DNA from: Limisphaerales bacterium
GTDB taxonomy: Bacteria; Verrucomicrobiota; Verrucomicrobiia; Limisphaerales; PALSA-1396
Assembly: GCA_003140275.1 (NCBI GenBank)
Contig: PLJQ01000069.1
Location: 1 to 44,161, forward strand
Direction of reading: 5' to 3'
DNA: 44,161 bases
The position numbers were made by a program, and so were the translations under genes. Position 1 is the first letter of the stretch; the number at the start of each line of letters is the position of its first letter. The notes beneath the pieces are model-generated. The model did no database searches and was not told the DNA's origin. It was given only the letters and a program-made list of their open reading frames with translations. Of the stretch, positions 27,796 to 37,314 are shown piece by piece.

Positions 27796-29175
27796 TCAAT
27801 CGCGGCGAAGGGCCTGAATGGGATCCAGCTTCGCGGCTTTGAACGCGGGGAACAATCCGGCGATGATTCCCACGCCAGCGCTGAAGAGCATCGCAATCAC
27901 CATGACTTCCGGCTTGATGACCGGCGCGTTTTGCGACGGGGCCATGATGGTCACCAACTCCACCACGTTGTAGGAAGCGAACAATCCCAACAGAGCCCCC
28001 ACCACGGCGATGACGACTGCCTCCACCAGGATTTGCAGGAAGATGGCGGAACCCGTCGCGCCAACCGCTTTGCAAATACCGATCTCCCGGATGCGTTCGT
28101 TGATGCTGGCCAGCATGATGTTCATGATCCCAATGCCGCCTACCAACAGGCTGATGCCGGCAATGATGCCGCCGCTCAATCGCGCTTTGTGAATCTGCGT
28201 GTTGATGTTTTCAATCTGATTTTCCTGCGTCTGGAAACTGAAGTCCTCAATCCCTTTGTGCGTGAGCAAAAGAACATTGCGGACCTGTTGCAACGCCGGC
28301 TCCAACAAATCCAGACTGGCCACCTTCATGTCGATGTCCGTCAGGCGCGGATCCGGAATGCTGTTCGTGCCGGTGGCGGAGCGGAACTTGAGCCACATCG
28401 TGTTCAACGGAATGTAAATGGTGTAGTTTTTGCTGTAGAAAGCCCAGCCGCCGCGTCCGCCCCAGCCGCGCTTTCGCACCGGGCCGGCGCGCTTCTCGGC
28501 CGGTTTCGATTTCGCCAACTCCCGCTCTTTGCGTTCCTGTTCGCTCTCGTAATGGGTGAACATGCCTACGATGGTGAACGGCTGGCCATTGATGTTGATG
28601 AGTTCGCCGATGGGGACGATTTCCTGTCCGGTTTTTTCCGGGTTGCCAAACAACTCATCGCGAATGCCGGTGCCGATTACACACACGCTGTTGGCGTTCT
28701 CTTCGTCAAGCTCGTTGAAGAAACGCCCGTGCTCCAGCGTATGAAGATTCATGTCCAACACCGCCGGCCAGACACCGACACACTCCGATGGGTTCACCAT
28801 TTTGTCGCCATGCGTGATGGTGACGTACTCTTGAAACGCCATCTCCGGTGAGACGAGGCGGATGAGCGGCGCGCTTTTCCGCAACGCCTGCACATCGACC
28901 ATGGTTCTTCCGGGCGCTTCGTCGGCCCGATGTTCCTGGTAGGCGGGCACGGGCTGTTGTTGTAGCAACACCTTGTCCGCGCCGCCCGTGGCGATCATCG
29001 TTTCCTTCATGCCGTTTTCCATGCCGGCGACCACCGCCGCCATTGCCACCAAGCTGGCCACGCCCAGGATGATGCCCTGCATGGTGAGCAGCGAACGAAA
29101 CTTATGCGCCCAGACTTCCTTGAACCCGATCAAAATGGCGTTCAGAAAATTCATGATTTCGATTCGCACGAACAA
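27796..29175 (-). CDS. ABC transporter permease, MacB/FtsX-type with periplasmic domain (copy 2)
   Basis: The MacB_PCD-like N-terminal half is followed by an FtsX C-terminal half, ISLLVGGIGIMNIMLASINERIREIGICKAVGA. It is a paralog of the adjacent 29176-30558 gene. Confidence 0.9.
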   Translation of the reverse strand: MFVRIEIMNFLNAILIGFKEVWAHKFRSLLTMQGIILGVASLVAMAAVVAGMENGMKETMIATGGADKVLLQQQPVPAYQEHRADEAPGRTMVDVQALRKSAPLIRLVSPEMAFQEYVTITHGDKMVNPSECVGVWPAVLDMNLHTLEHGRFFNELDEENANSVCVIGTGIRDELFGNPEKTGQEIVPIGELININGQPFTIVGMFTHYESEQERKERELAKSKPAEKRAGPVRKRGWGGRGGWAFYSKNYTIYIPLNTMWLKFRSATGTNSIPDPRLTDIDMKVASLDLLEPALQQVRNVLLLTHKGIEDFSFQTQENQIENINTQIHKARLSGGIIAGISLLVGGIGIMNIMLASINERIREIGICKAVGATGSAIFLQILVEAVVIAVVGALLGLFASYNVVELVTIMAPSQNAPVIKPEVMVIAMLFSAGVGIIAGLFPAFKAAKLDPIQALRRD

Positions 29176-30558
29176 TCATTCATATCGTAACGCCACAATC
29201 GGATCGAGCCGGGCGGCCTTAAAGGCGGGAATCAAACCGGCAAGAATGCCGATGCAAACGCTGAAGCCAAACGCTATTGCCATGGCGGTGACCGTGATGA
29301 CGGGATCATTGCCCGTAGGCGAAAACGAACTCATTGATCTTACCAGCGCGTATGACCCCGCCAGTCCGGCCAGCCCGCCGACCACCGCGATCACCACGCT
29401 TTCCACCAGGATTTGAATAAACACGGCACCCGTGCCGGCGCCGACCGCTTTGCGGATGCCGATTTCGCGAATCCGTCCGGAGATGCTGGCGAGCATGATG
29501 TTCATAATGCCGATTCCGCCGACCAACAAACTGATGCCGGCGATGATCGAGCCGCTCATCCGGGCATTTCTGACAAAGGTGTCGATGTTTTCGGCCCACT
29601 CCTCCTGCGTGCGAAAATAAAAGTCTTCGATTCCCTTGTGCGTGCTCATGAGCACGTTGCGGATTTGTTGCAGGGCGGCGTTCAAGTGTTCGACCTCCGC
29701 GACTTTGACTTCCAGGACGGACAGTCGCGGGTCTGCCGCTGCGACAGTCGCGCCCCAGCCGCCCGGGCCAGCGGTGCCACCGGCGCGGAATTTGATCCAA
29801 ATCGTGTTGAGTGGTATCAACACGGAGGCGTTCTTCAGTTTGAAGGCCCAATTTTGGCTGGTGGTGCCCCAGCCGCGACTGCGGGCGGGTCCGGTCTTGT
29901 TCGGTTCGGCTTGCTGAAGCGCAAGTTCCCGTTGCTTGCGGTCCTGTTCGTTCTCGTAATGCTGAAACATGCCGATGATGGTGAGAGATTGGCCATTGAT
30001 GTTGATGGTTTCGCCCAACGGAATGATTTCGTGGCCGACCTGCTGCGGGGAACCAAAAATCTCGTCGCGCACCTCCGTGCCGATGACACAAACACTGCGC
30101 GCCATCTCGTCGTCAATCTCGTTGAACATTCGGCCGTGCTCGACGACGTGTTCGTACATCTCGATTGCCACCGGCCAGACGCCCGTGCAGACCCAGGGCC
30201 GGTAGGTTTTGCCATTGGCCGAGACGGTTGCGCCGTACAAACGCATTTCGGGAGAGACAAGCGCAGCCAGGGGAGCGCTGGATTGGAGGGCATAGACGTC
30301 GTTCAGGGTCACGCCCACGGCCTGGTCGGTCAGGTATCGCTGATAGATGGGTACTTTCTGTGCCTCAATCCGGATTTTTTGCAGGCCGCCGATGGCGACC
30401 AACGCTTCCTTGGCGCCGATCTCAATGCCTTTGACCATCGCGGACATCGCGACCAGACTCGAAACGCCGAGAATGATGCCCAGCATCGTGAGCACGGAGC
30501 GGAATTTGTGCGCCCAGATTTCTTTGAACCCGATGACGATGGCATTCCAAAGATTCAT
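29176..30558 (-). CDS. ABC transporter permease, MacB/FtsX-type with periplasmic domain (copy 1)
   Basis: It shares the architecture of 27796-29175, with ISLLVGGIGIMNIMLASISGRIREIGIRKAVGA. Its stop abuts the start of the downstream copy. Confidence 0.9.
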   Translation of the reverse strand: MNLWNAIVIGFKEIWAHKFRSVLTMLGIILGVSSLVAMSAMVKGIEIGAKEALVAIGGLQKIRIEAQKVPIYQRYLTDQAVGVTLNDVYALQSSAPLAALVSPEMRLYGATVSANGKTYRPWVCTGVWPVAIEMYEHVVEHGRMFNEIDDEMARSVCVIGTEVRDEIFGSPQQVGHEIIPLGETININGQSLTIIGMFQHYENEQDRKQRELALQQAEPNKTGPARSRGWGTTSQNWAFKLKNASVLIPLNTIWIKFRAGGTAGPGGWGATVAAADPRLSVLEVKVAEVEHLNAALQQIRNVLMSTHKGIEDFYFRTQEEWAENIDTFVRNARMSGSIIAGISLLVGGIGIMNIMLASISGRIREIGIRKAVGAGTGAVFIQILVESVVIAVVGGLAGLAGSYALVRSMSSFSPTGNDPVITVTAMAIAFGFSVCIGILAGLIPAFKAARLDPIVALRYE

Positions 30559-30566
30559 TTGACCTG

Positions 30567-31283
30567 TCAGAATGTCCGCGCCACCCGGTCCAGTCCCGCC
30601 AACCTCGCATCCACCTTTTCCGCGATCTTGCCATCGCGTATTTCAATCCGGCGTGGTGTGACGGCGGCAATTTCCGGATCGTGCGTGACGAGAATGACGG
30701 TGCTGCCTTCGCGGCTCAGTTTGCAGAAAAGTTGCAGGATGGCTTCGCCGGTGTTGGTGTCGAGATTGCCCGTCGGCTCGTCCGCAAAAATGATTTTGGG
30801 TGAATTGACCAATGCGCGGGCGATGGCAACGCGTTGCTGCTGCCCCCCGGAAAGTTGCGAGGGACGATGTTTGCTCCGGTTCTCCAGGTCCACCATTTTG
30901 AGCGCCGCCACGGCGCGCTCATGTCGTTCGCGCGCGGACACGCCGCTGTAAACCATGGGCAACTCCACGTTCTGTAACACGTTCAATTTCGGGAGCAGAT
31001 TGAAGAACTGGAAAACAAACCCGATTTTGCGATTGCGAATGCGGGCCAGTTCGCGCGGCGACGCGCCCTGAATCATGGTGCCGTCCAGTTTGATGGTGCC
31101 GCTGGTGGGAGAGTCCAGGCAGCCCAGGATGTGCATCAGCGTGGATTTGCCGCTGCCGGACGGGCCGATGATGGAGATAAACTCGCCGGATTCGATGTCG
31201 AGCGAAACGTTGTCCAGCGCGCGAATCTCCTCCCCGCCCAGGTGGTAGATTTTGCTGACGTTGCGAAGTTCCACCAATGACAT
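30567..31283 (-). CDS. ABC transporter ATP-binding protein (MacB/LolD-type NBD, separate polypeptide)
   Basis: Walker A is GPSGSGKST, the signature is LSGGQQQRVAIARAL, and Walker B is IIFADEPTGNLD. The H-loop is VTHD. Confidence 0.95.
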   Translation of the reverse strand: MSLVELRNVSKIYHLGGEEIRALDNVSLDIESGEFISIIGPSGSGKSTLMHILGCLDSPTSGTIKLDGTMIQGASPRELARIRNRKIGFVFQFFNLLPKLNVLQNVELPMVYSGVSARERHERAVAALKMVDLENRSKHRPSQLSGGQQQRVAIARALVNSPKIIFADEPTGNLDTNTGEAILQLFCKLSREGSTVILVTHDPEIAAVTPRRIEIRDGKIAEKVDARLAGLDRVARTF

Positions 31284-31300
31284 GATACAAGAAAAGTTTG

Positions 31301-32530
31301 CTAACGAGTGGTCGTGCCGCCACCGGAAGGCGATTTGCCCGCAGTCCCGGGGCTGGTGCCGTTGGTACCGCTACCCGACTTGCCGATGCCTGCCTCCGTT
31401 TTGTTCGTGTGCGCGCCGGTCGGACTTCTGGCCAGTTTTGCAAGTTCGTCTTTTGGCAATTCCAATGCCACCACTTCATCGGCCGACAGTCCCTTTACCA
31501 CTTCGGCGTAGAAAAAATCAGAGACGCCTATCTGCACCGGCCGCCGTTCGTAAGTGTCGTCTTTCTTCACGTACACAAAACGTTCGTTCTGCTGCGTTTC
31601 CTCATTCTGCTCGGTGAACACCGCCGCGAGCGACACCGCCAGCACGTTGTCCTTCGAAGCCACAGGGATTTTGATGTTGGCCGTCATGCCGGGCCGGATT
31701 CGCTTATCGACATCGCGAAGCAGGATGCGGGTCGCGAAACCTTTGATGTTGTTCTTGATGGTGGCTTGGGGCGCGACGCGTTCGACGGTGCCGGTGACGT
31801 TAAGTCCGGTCACGGCCTCCACCTGCACTTCCACCTGCTGGTCCGATTTCAAACGGGATACGTCGGCCTGATTGACATGGGCGTTGATGACCATTTCGTT
31901 AAGGTTGGCGATGGTCAAAACTTCAGTTCCGCCGGCCACCCCGGCGGAGCCGGACACCGCTTGCCCGACCGAAACCGGGCGGGTCAGAATCGTGCAATCA
32001 AATGGGGCGAGGATTTTTGTTTTGGTGAGTTCGTATTCAACCAGGCCGAGGTCTTTCTCAACTTTCTGGAGGGAATTCTTGGCGAGGTCATATTCGGTCT
32101 TGGTGTCATCGAACAACTCCTGAGAAATCAGCTTCTCTTTGTAAAGCTCCAGGCTGCGTTCATAGCCGCGCCTGGTTTTTTCCACATTCAATCTCGCTGC
32201 CTCAATGGAAATCAGGGTCGAAGAGCGTTGGGTCTGCAAGTCTTGATCGTCGAGGGTGAACAAAATGCTGCCTTTCTTGACCTGGTCGCCAATATCAACC
32301 GACAAAAAATTGATCTTCCCGTTGATCTCTGGTCGGACAGAGACTTGATCCGCCGGGCCGATTTCGCCGGCGGCATTGACGGCAAAATGGATGTCGCGCG
32401 ATTCAACGACCGCGGTGGTGGGTCGAGCCGTTGCACCGTTGGCATGGTTGGTTTTTCCCCAACTTTTCCAAAGATAAAAGCCGCCACCGATCACCGCCAG
32501 AACCGCCAGTAAAACCAACAGTTTTTTCAT
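31301..32530 (-). CDS. Periplasmic adaptor subunit (HlyD/MacA family)
   Basis: The start is taken at MKKLLVLLAVLAVIGGGFYLW. It shows a biotinyl-lipoyl-like, coiled-coil and beta-barrel pattern, with a G/S/T-rich C-terminal tail. It is the first gene of the efflux operon. Confidence 0.85.
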   Translation of the reverse strand: MKKLLVLLAVLAVIGGGFYLWKSWGKTNHANGATARPTTAVVESRDIHFAVNAAGEIGPADQVSVRPEINGKINFLSVDIGDQVKKGSILFTLDDQDLQTQRSSTLISIEAARLNVEKTRRGYERSLELYKEKLISQELFDDTKTEYDLAKNSLQKVEKDLGLVEYELTKTKILAPFDCTILTRPVSVGQAVSGSAGVAGGTEVLTIANLNEMVINAHVNQADVSRLKSDQQVEVQVEAVTGLNVTGTVERVAPQATIKNNIKGFATRILLRDVDKRIRPGMTANIKIPVASKDNVLAVSLAAVFTEQNEETQQNERFVYVKKDDTYERRPVQIGVSDFFYAEVVKGLSADEVVALELPKDELAKLARSPTGAHTNKTEAGIGKSGSGTNGTSPGTAGKSPSGGGTTTR

Positions 32531-32733
32531 GTGTTCAAGAGTGCGTAAAGTAGTCTCTTCAAAAGTTACGCGCAAACGCGAACTTCAGAGACTGAGAAAG
32601 CGGATGCGCTTGTAATCCTTGAAACGATTGGCAGCCGGTCAAAGTTACCTTTGTTTTGGAAAAGCGTGCCTCTCCGCGCACTCGGGCAAGGCGCTATTCA
32701 CAGGGGCGATTCAGTTTCCAGGACCAAAACCCC

Positions 32734-34170
32734 CTAATTCCGCACCGTCTTCGGTTCGAACTTGTAGGGCAATACATCCGGCGCCACGCTGACTTGAGTG
32801 GTGAACTTAAAGGGCTCCGAGTTGCCATTGTTGTAGGTCAACTCAACAAAAAACGCGGTCCAGCCTTTGTCCGGCTTGGGCACTTTGCCGATGTAAATCC
32901 CGCCGCCCTCGCTGGTGAGGGGTGTGCTCTTGTAAGCCGGGCCAATTTTTTCGAGACGGAAATCCCGCGCGTCGGGATTCGTCGCCTGCCAGAGTTTCAC
33001 TTCGGACGGTTTGTCGATGCTTTTCACGTGCAGGGAACCGTCCTTCTCCAACGTCCAGGAAAACTCCGGGAGGTGTGCGCCGGTCAGGATTGCATTGTAA
33101 CAGGCCAGCAACGTTTGCCAGGCATCCGAGCCTCGGAGCGAGTGGTCCGCATTCGGGACATAGCGAAGATATTTTGTTCCCGGCAGATCTTTAAAGTAAA
33201 ACTGTGATGAGTCCGGCAGGAAAAACTGGTCGCCGCCCGCATTAATGATGAACTTGGGCATCGTCAGTCGGTCACGGTATTCATACGGTTCTTCGATTTT
33301 CATCAGCGCCCGATATTCCGGTGTGCCAGTCCAATCCATGACTCCCATCGCCACATAATCCCCCACCGCCGGCGCCCAAAAACCGTAAGCCTCCCAGTGA
33401 TGTTTGAAGGAGGCTTCACTGTTCAGCAAGTCGATGACAAAAGGAACAATGGCGATGACCCGTTTATCGACCGCAGCCGTCGTCCAAGTCGTCCAACCAC
33501 GCTTGGAGCCGCCCGCCACAACGAAGGAATCGACCTTGACCCTGCCGCCTTCCGGGCTGGCGAAAAATGCGGTTACCGTGTCCATCGCCCGCACGGCGCT
33601 TTTGGTCATGGGCAGACGCGCCGGCCATTTGGCATCGCCGGTGCGAAGGAATTTGTCCCAGGTGTAAGCGATGAAAGAATCTTCGGAGCGGCCCGTTGTT
33701 TCGCCGGCAAACGTGAGGGGTTGGTTGGGCACCATTCGCAATTCAGTGACGATGGATTTCGTTTTGACCGCAGTTTGAATGATGTTGGCTTCCGCGGACT
33801 TGGGCGCAGAGCTGTTATTGTTGCCGCCGGTGATGAACAACAGCGATTTGGAACTCGTCACGTTGTCCGGTTTGACCATGACCATCCAATGTTTCCAAAT
33901 GGGGCGGTTCACTTCATTCGTGGTCAGGTAGGCCTGCGAGGTCATTTCCAAAATGTAAGTGGTCTGCCCCTCGCCTTTGACGGTGTCCACGAGGTGATAG
34001 CTGTAATTTGGGTCGGGCTTGGCGACGTATTTGTCGAGGGGCGTCAGTGGGCCGGTGGCCGCCGAATGAGAAGCGGGCTGCGCGTAGCCGGTCAGCGACA
34101 ATCCGAGGATCAGCGAGAAAAAAACGCGGGCCCGGTTTGTAAGACTCTTGTTGGAACGATCTAATTTCAT
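32734..34170 (-). CDS. PhoPQ-activated pathogenicity-related protein family (PqaA-type, alpha/beta-hydrolase-like), secreted
   Basis: It has a signal peptide, and the family-typical blocks WKHWM.M.KP..., LFITGG.N, PNQPL.F...R.ED..IAYTW..F, and AGGSKRGWTTWTTAAVDKRV.AIVP.VID.LN. Confidence 0.75.
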   Translation of the reverse strand: MKLDRSNKSLTNRARVFFSLILGLSLTGYAQPASHSAATGPLTPLDKYVAKPDPNYSYHLVDTVKGEGQTTYILEMTSQAYLTTNEVNRPIWKHWMVMVKPDNVTSSKSLLFITGGNNNSSAPKSAEANIIQTAVKTKSIVTELRMVPNQPLTFAGETTGRSEDSFIAYTWDKFLRTGDAKWPARLPMTKSAVRAMDTVTAFFASPEGGRVKVDSFVVAGGSKRGWTTWTTAAVDKRVIAIVPFVIDLLNSEASFKHHWEAYGFWAPAVGDYVAMGVMDWTGTPEYRALMKIEEPYEYRDRLTMPKFIINAGGDQFFLPDSSQFYFKDLPGTKYLRYVPNADHSLRGSDAWQTLLACYNAILTGAHLPEFSWTLEKDGSLHVKSIDKPSEVKLWQATNPDARDFRLEKIGPAYKSTPLTSEGGGIYIGKVPKPDKGWTAFFVELTYNNGNSEPFKFTTQVSVAPDVLPYKFEPKTVRN

Positions 34171-34355
34171 AAATTGTGAATCAAAATGTCATCGCCTTAA
34201 TAAACGGTTAACGGAAACACGCCGCTTAAAAGCACTGTTCTTGCCCGCGATGTCAATCCCGTTTTGTTCTATCTGAACCGAATCCTGGTATATGAGCCGG
34301 ATCAGCCGGCTTGGTTTGGACGGAAAGGCATCCTTTTGGATTCAAAATGTATTTC

Positions 34356-35351
34356 TCACTTTGCCGGAAGTTTTACCTTCGCCAGGTAAATACTTGTCTT
34401 GCCCTCGTGCGAGGAATAATAACTGACCCAGAGTAAACCATCGTGCCAGACGAGACCTGGATAGCTGTTGTCGCCGCCGGAAGGAAGTTTAAGGAATTCG
34501 GTAAGCTTGCCGGCATCGGCCTCCACCCACATCAACGCCGTACGCGCGCCACCGTCATAAAGCCGAACGGCGGCAACGATCCTGCCATCCGGCAGCCAAA
34601 GCATCCTCGGCCCGCCGATTTTCACCTCAAGGTCTTTCCACTGCCACTCCGTGTACGGCGGCTTCGCGACGCCCAATTTGCCCGCTGACTTTTCACCGTC
34701 ACGACGGAGCAGGCAGAGCGCGGTATCATCGGGTAGAAAGATGATCGAGGATTCATTCGGATGGCCCTCGGCAAAAAGGTTTGACACCAGCGTATCGAAT
34801 CGCCGGCCATCCTTGCTCGTGTAAAGCCGGATGGATTTTTCCGCGGTCGTGTCGTAGCCAACGCTGTAGGCGGTCTGCTTATGCCACGTGGTTCGCCAAA
34901 GCCAGAAATTCGGATCGCCAATCTTGACCGGCGTGCTCCACTTCCTTCCGTCACTGGAAAACCAGGCGAATGACTGGTGCTTGAACTCCGCCGGTTGATG
35001 CAACGCGCCGGCGCCACTCAACATCAACTGGCCTTTTGGAGTGATCGTGATCTTGGCATCGCGCAAATCGCTTTTGTCGTCGGTAATCAGCGCGGCGGAG
35101 GTCCAGATCCTGCCGTCCTTGGACGTGATGATTCGCAATGCGCCGTCGGGTGAAACATGGGCTTTGCCTTCACGGAAAACGCAAAACCAATTGCCTTTGA
35201 ACCGAACCAGATCGGTGAATGCATTATGCGGCGACTGGTCCCAGATTTTGCGGACTTCGACGAGTTCAACTTGATTGGTTGATTCAGCAAAGAAGGTTCC
35301 AAAGAAGTCAGTGACGAGAAAACAGAGAAGTGCAATCGATTTTGTGGTCAT
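34356..35351 (-). CDS. BNR/Asp-box repeat protein, sialidase-like beta-propeller, secreted
   Basis: It has a signal peptide, and Asp-box-like motifs ITSKDGRIWT, FSSDGRKWST and YTSKDGRRFD at propeller-like spacing. Confidence 0.7.
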   Translation of the reverse strand: MTTKSIALLCFLVTDFFGTFFAESTNQVELVEVRKIWDQSPHNAFTDLVRFKGNWFCVFREGKAHVSPDGALRIITSKDGRIWTSAALITDDKSDLRDAKITITPKGQLMLSGAGALHQPAEFKHQSFAWFSSDGRKWSTPVKIGDPNFWLWRTTWHKQTAYSVGYDTTAEKSIRLYTSKDGRRFDTLVSNLFAEGHPNESSIIFLPDDTALCLLRRDGEKSAGKLGVAKPPYTEWQWKDLEVKIGGPRMLWLPDGRIVAAVRLYDGGARTALMWVEADAGKLTEFLKLPSGGDNSYPGLVWHDGLLWVSYYSSHEGKTSIYLAKVKLPAK

Positions 35352-35386
35352 AAGACCTAAATTCAGTCCCTTGTGGCTGCAAATTA

Positions 35387-35722
35387 TTAGCGACTGCCGA
35401 TCACAAGTTCAACGGCAATAACGAACAGCAGCAATGCAAAAGTTGCTACGGATATTTTGAGATCGACCTTTCCTTTTGTTTCGCCCAAACCAAAATAAAT
35501 CCCCAAACCATTCCATAAAAATAATCCAACCGGAAAAGCGATCACGCCAAACACGATCAGCAGCCATTGCCGGGCGGTGCTTGAGCGGATTCGGCAGACG
35601 GAAGAATGGAAGCGACCGGGCAAAAAGAAAACAAGCTGAGAGCGAAAATTCTCCCGGCTGTGTAGCCGCCGAGATAACGAGGCGGAGTGGGCCATGAGCG
35701 TTTCATGAGTTGTTTGAACCAA
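35387..35722 (-). CDS. Hypothetical small membrane protein (two predicted TM helices)
   Basis: The ORF fills the gap between two minus-strand genes. The C-terminal half has two clear hydrophobic helices, WLLIVFGVIAFPVGLFLW and ISVATFALLLFVIAVELVI. The N-terminal half is Arg/Ser-rich, and the true start is uncertain. Confidence 0.35.
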   Translation of the reverse strand: MVQTTHETLMAHSASLSRRLHSRENFRSQLVFFLPGRFHSSVCRIRSSTARQWLLIVFGVIAFPVGLFLWNGLGIYFGLGETKGKVDLKISVATFALLLFVIAVELVIGSR

Positions 35723-35750
35723 ATACAGTGCGTCCTGTTACACGTGCATC

Positions 35751-37208
35751 CTACTTCGCTGTTTTCGCGCCAGGATCGTAATTCGGATTGGGATTCATCA
35801 TTTGGGCTTTCACATCGCGACGCCACGCATCGAGTTTCCTTTCCAGCTCCATTGCCTTGTCCGGCATCTTGTCAGCCAGATTGCTTTTTTCGCTGATGTC
35901 GTGCTCGAGATCGTAAAGCTCCAAGTGTCCGTCTTCGTAAAACTCAATCAGCTTATAGTCGCCCTGACGAATAACCCCGCCCGGCTTGCCGCCTTGGTTT
36001 GCGTAATGCGGATAATGCCAGTAAAGCGCGTCGCGCTTGAAGCCGTCTGCCTGCTTGAGCAGCGGCACGAGACTTAACCCATCGACAGGCTGTTGGGGTT
36101 TGATTTCGGCCATCTCAAGAATGGTTGGAAAAAAATCGATGCTGCAAACCGGCGTGTGGCAAACGCTGCCGGGTTGAACGACACCGGGCCAACGCACAAT
36201 CAACGGCTCGCGAATGCCGCCTTCATACAAATAGCCTTTGCCCGCCCGCAACGGAGCGTTACTTGTTGATGGCGTGTTCGGACCTTCTTTCACTGACAGG
36301 CCGCCGTTGTCCGACATGAAAAAAATGACCGTGTTGTCGGCAAGTTTGAGTTGCTCCAACTTTTTCATCACGTGCCCGACACAGTCGTCCACGCTCTGGA
36401 TCAACGCCGCATAGAGCGCATTCGTGTGAGTCTGGCCCGGCTGAGCGGCGGTTTTGAATTTGGCGATGAGTTCCAATTTGGCCGCCAGCGGAATATGAAC
36501 GGCGTAGTGCGCCAGATAGAGGAAAAATGGTTTGGCTCTGTTGTTTTCAATGAATGTTTCAGCTTCGGCGGTGAGCCGGTCGGTGAGGTATTCTCCCGGT
36601 TCACCGTCGTCGAGCGACGGAATGCTGCGATTGGCGTTGCGATACGGGTGGAAATAACTGGGGGGCGAACCGGCATCATTGCCGGCGATGTTCACATCAA
36701 ACCCCTGATCCTCCGGACTGAAACCTTTGCCCCCGAGATGCCATTTGCCAATGCTCGCCGAAACGTAGCCTGCCGGCTTCAATGCCTCGGCCAGCGTCAT
36801 TTCGTTCAACGGCAGTTGCTTCAAGAAATCGGGACGCAACAACCTTTGCGAAGGTCCGTCGCCGCGACCGGGAAGCCAGTCGGTCAGATGAAGTCGCGCG
36901 GGATATTTGCCAGTCAGAATGCTGGCGCGTGTCGGCGAACACACCGGGCAGGCAGCGTAAGCCGCGGTGAATTTCATTCCTCGCGAGGCGAGCCGGTCGA
37001 TGTTTGGCGTCTTGTAAAATGTGCTGCCGAAACAACCGAGATCCGTCCAGCCCAGATCGTCGATCAAAATGAAAACGATGTTGGGCTTAAGAGTTTGTTT
37101 TGAGACATCGGGGGGTGTTGCTGTCAATGGCGAAGCAGCAAACAAAACTGCCAAAGCGAGCAGCGGTATCGCGCTGAAAGGAAACTGAGTTTGATCTGCC
37201 CGTTTCAT
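35751..37208 (-). CDS. Formylglycine-dependent sulfatase (arylsulfatase A family), secreted
   Basis: The start is taken at MKRADQTQFPF... The active-site signature is CPVCSPTRASILTGKYP, preceded by the metal-binding block FILIDDLGWTD. Confidence 0.9.
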   Translation of the reverse strand: MKRADQTQFPFSAIPLLALAVLFAASPLTATPPDVSKQTLKPNIVFILIDDLGWTDLGCFGSTFYKTPNIDRLASRGMKFTAAYAACPVCSPTRASILTGKYPARLHLTDWLPGRGDGPSQRLLRPDFLKQLPLNEMTLAEALKPAGYVSASIGKWHLGGKGFSPEDQGFDVNIAGNDAGSPPSYFHPYRNANRSIPSLDDGEPGEYLTDRLTAEAETFIENNRAKPFFLYLAHYAVHIPLAAKLELIAKFKTAAQPGQTHTNALYAALIQSVDDCVGHVMKKLEQLKLADNTVIFFMSDNGGLSVKEGPNTPSTSNAPLRAGKGYLYEGGIREPLIVRWPGVVQPGSVCHTPVCSIDFFPTILEMAEIKPQQPVDGLSLVPLLKQADGFKRDALYWHYPHYANQGGKPGGVIRQGDYKLIEFYEDGHLELYDLEHDISEKSNLADKMPDKAMELERKLDAWRRDVKAQMMNPNPNYDPGAKTAK

Positions 37209-37314
37209 AATTTGTTGGCCGTAGCTGGTGACCTGCACATTTACCAATGCGGGACGATCGCGTCCACAGCGTTCAATCGCCGGCAGAGGTCCACCACCAC
37301 CGGCAAAGTCATCG

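Noticed and set aside
34270-34345. Small hairpins downstream of the BNR protein gene (AGCCGG-atcag-CCGGCT at about 34290-34306 and AAAGG-cat-CCTTT at about 34325-34337), considered as terminators. Similar 4-6-bp stems occur in the 32531-32733, 37209-37314 and 39954-40116 gaps.
   Set aside because: The stems are short (5-6 bp) and are not followed by a U-tract on the transcribed (minus) strand. That is not enough to call intrinsic terminators.
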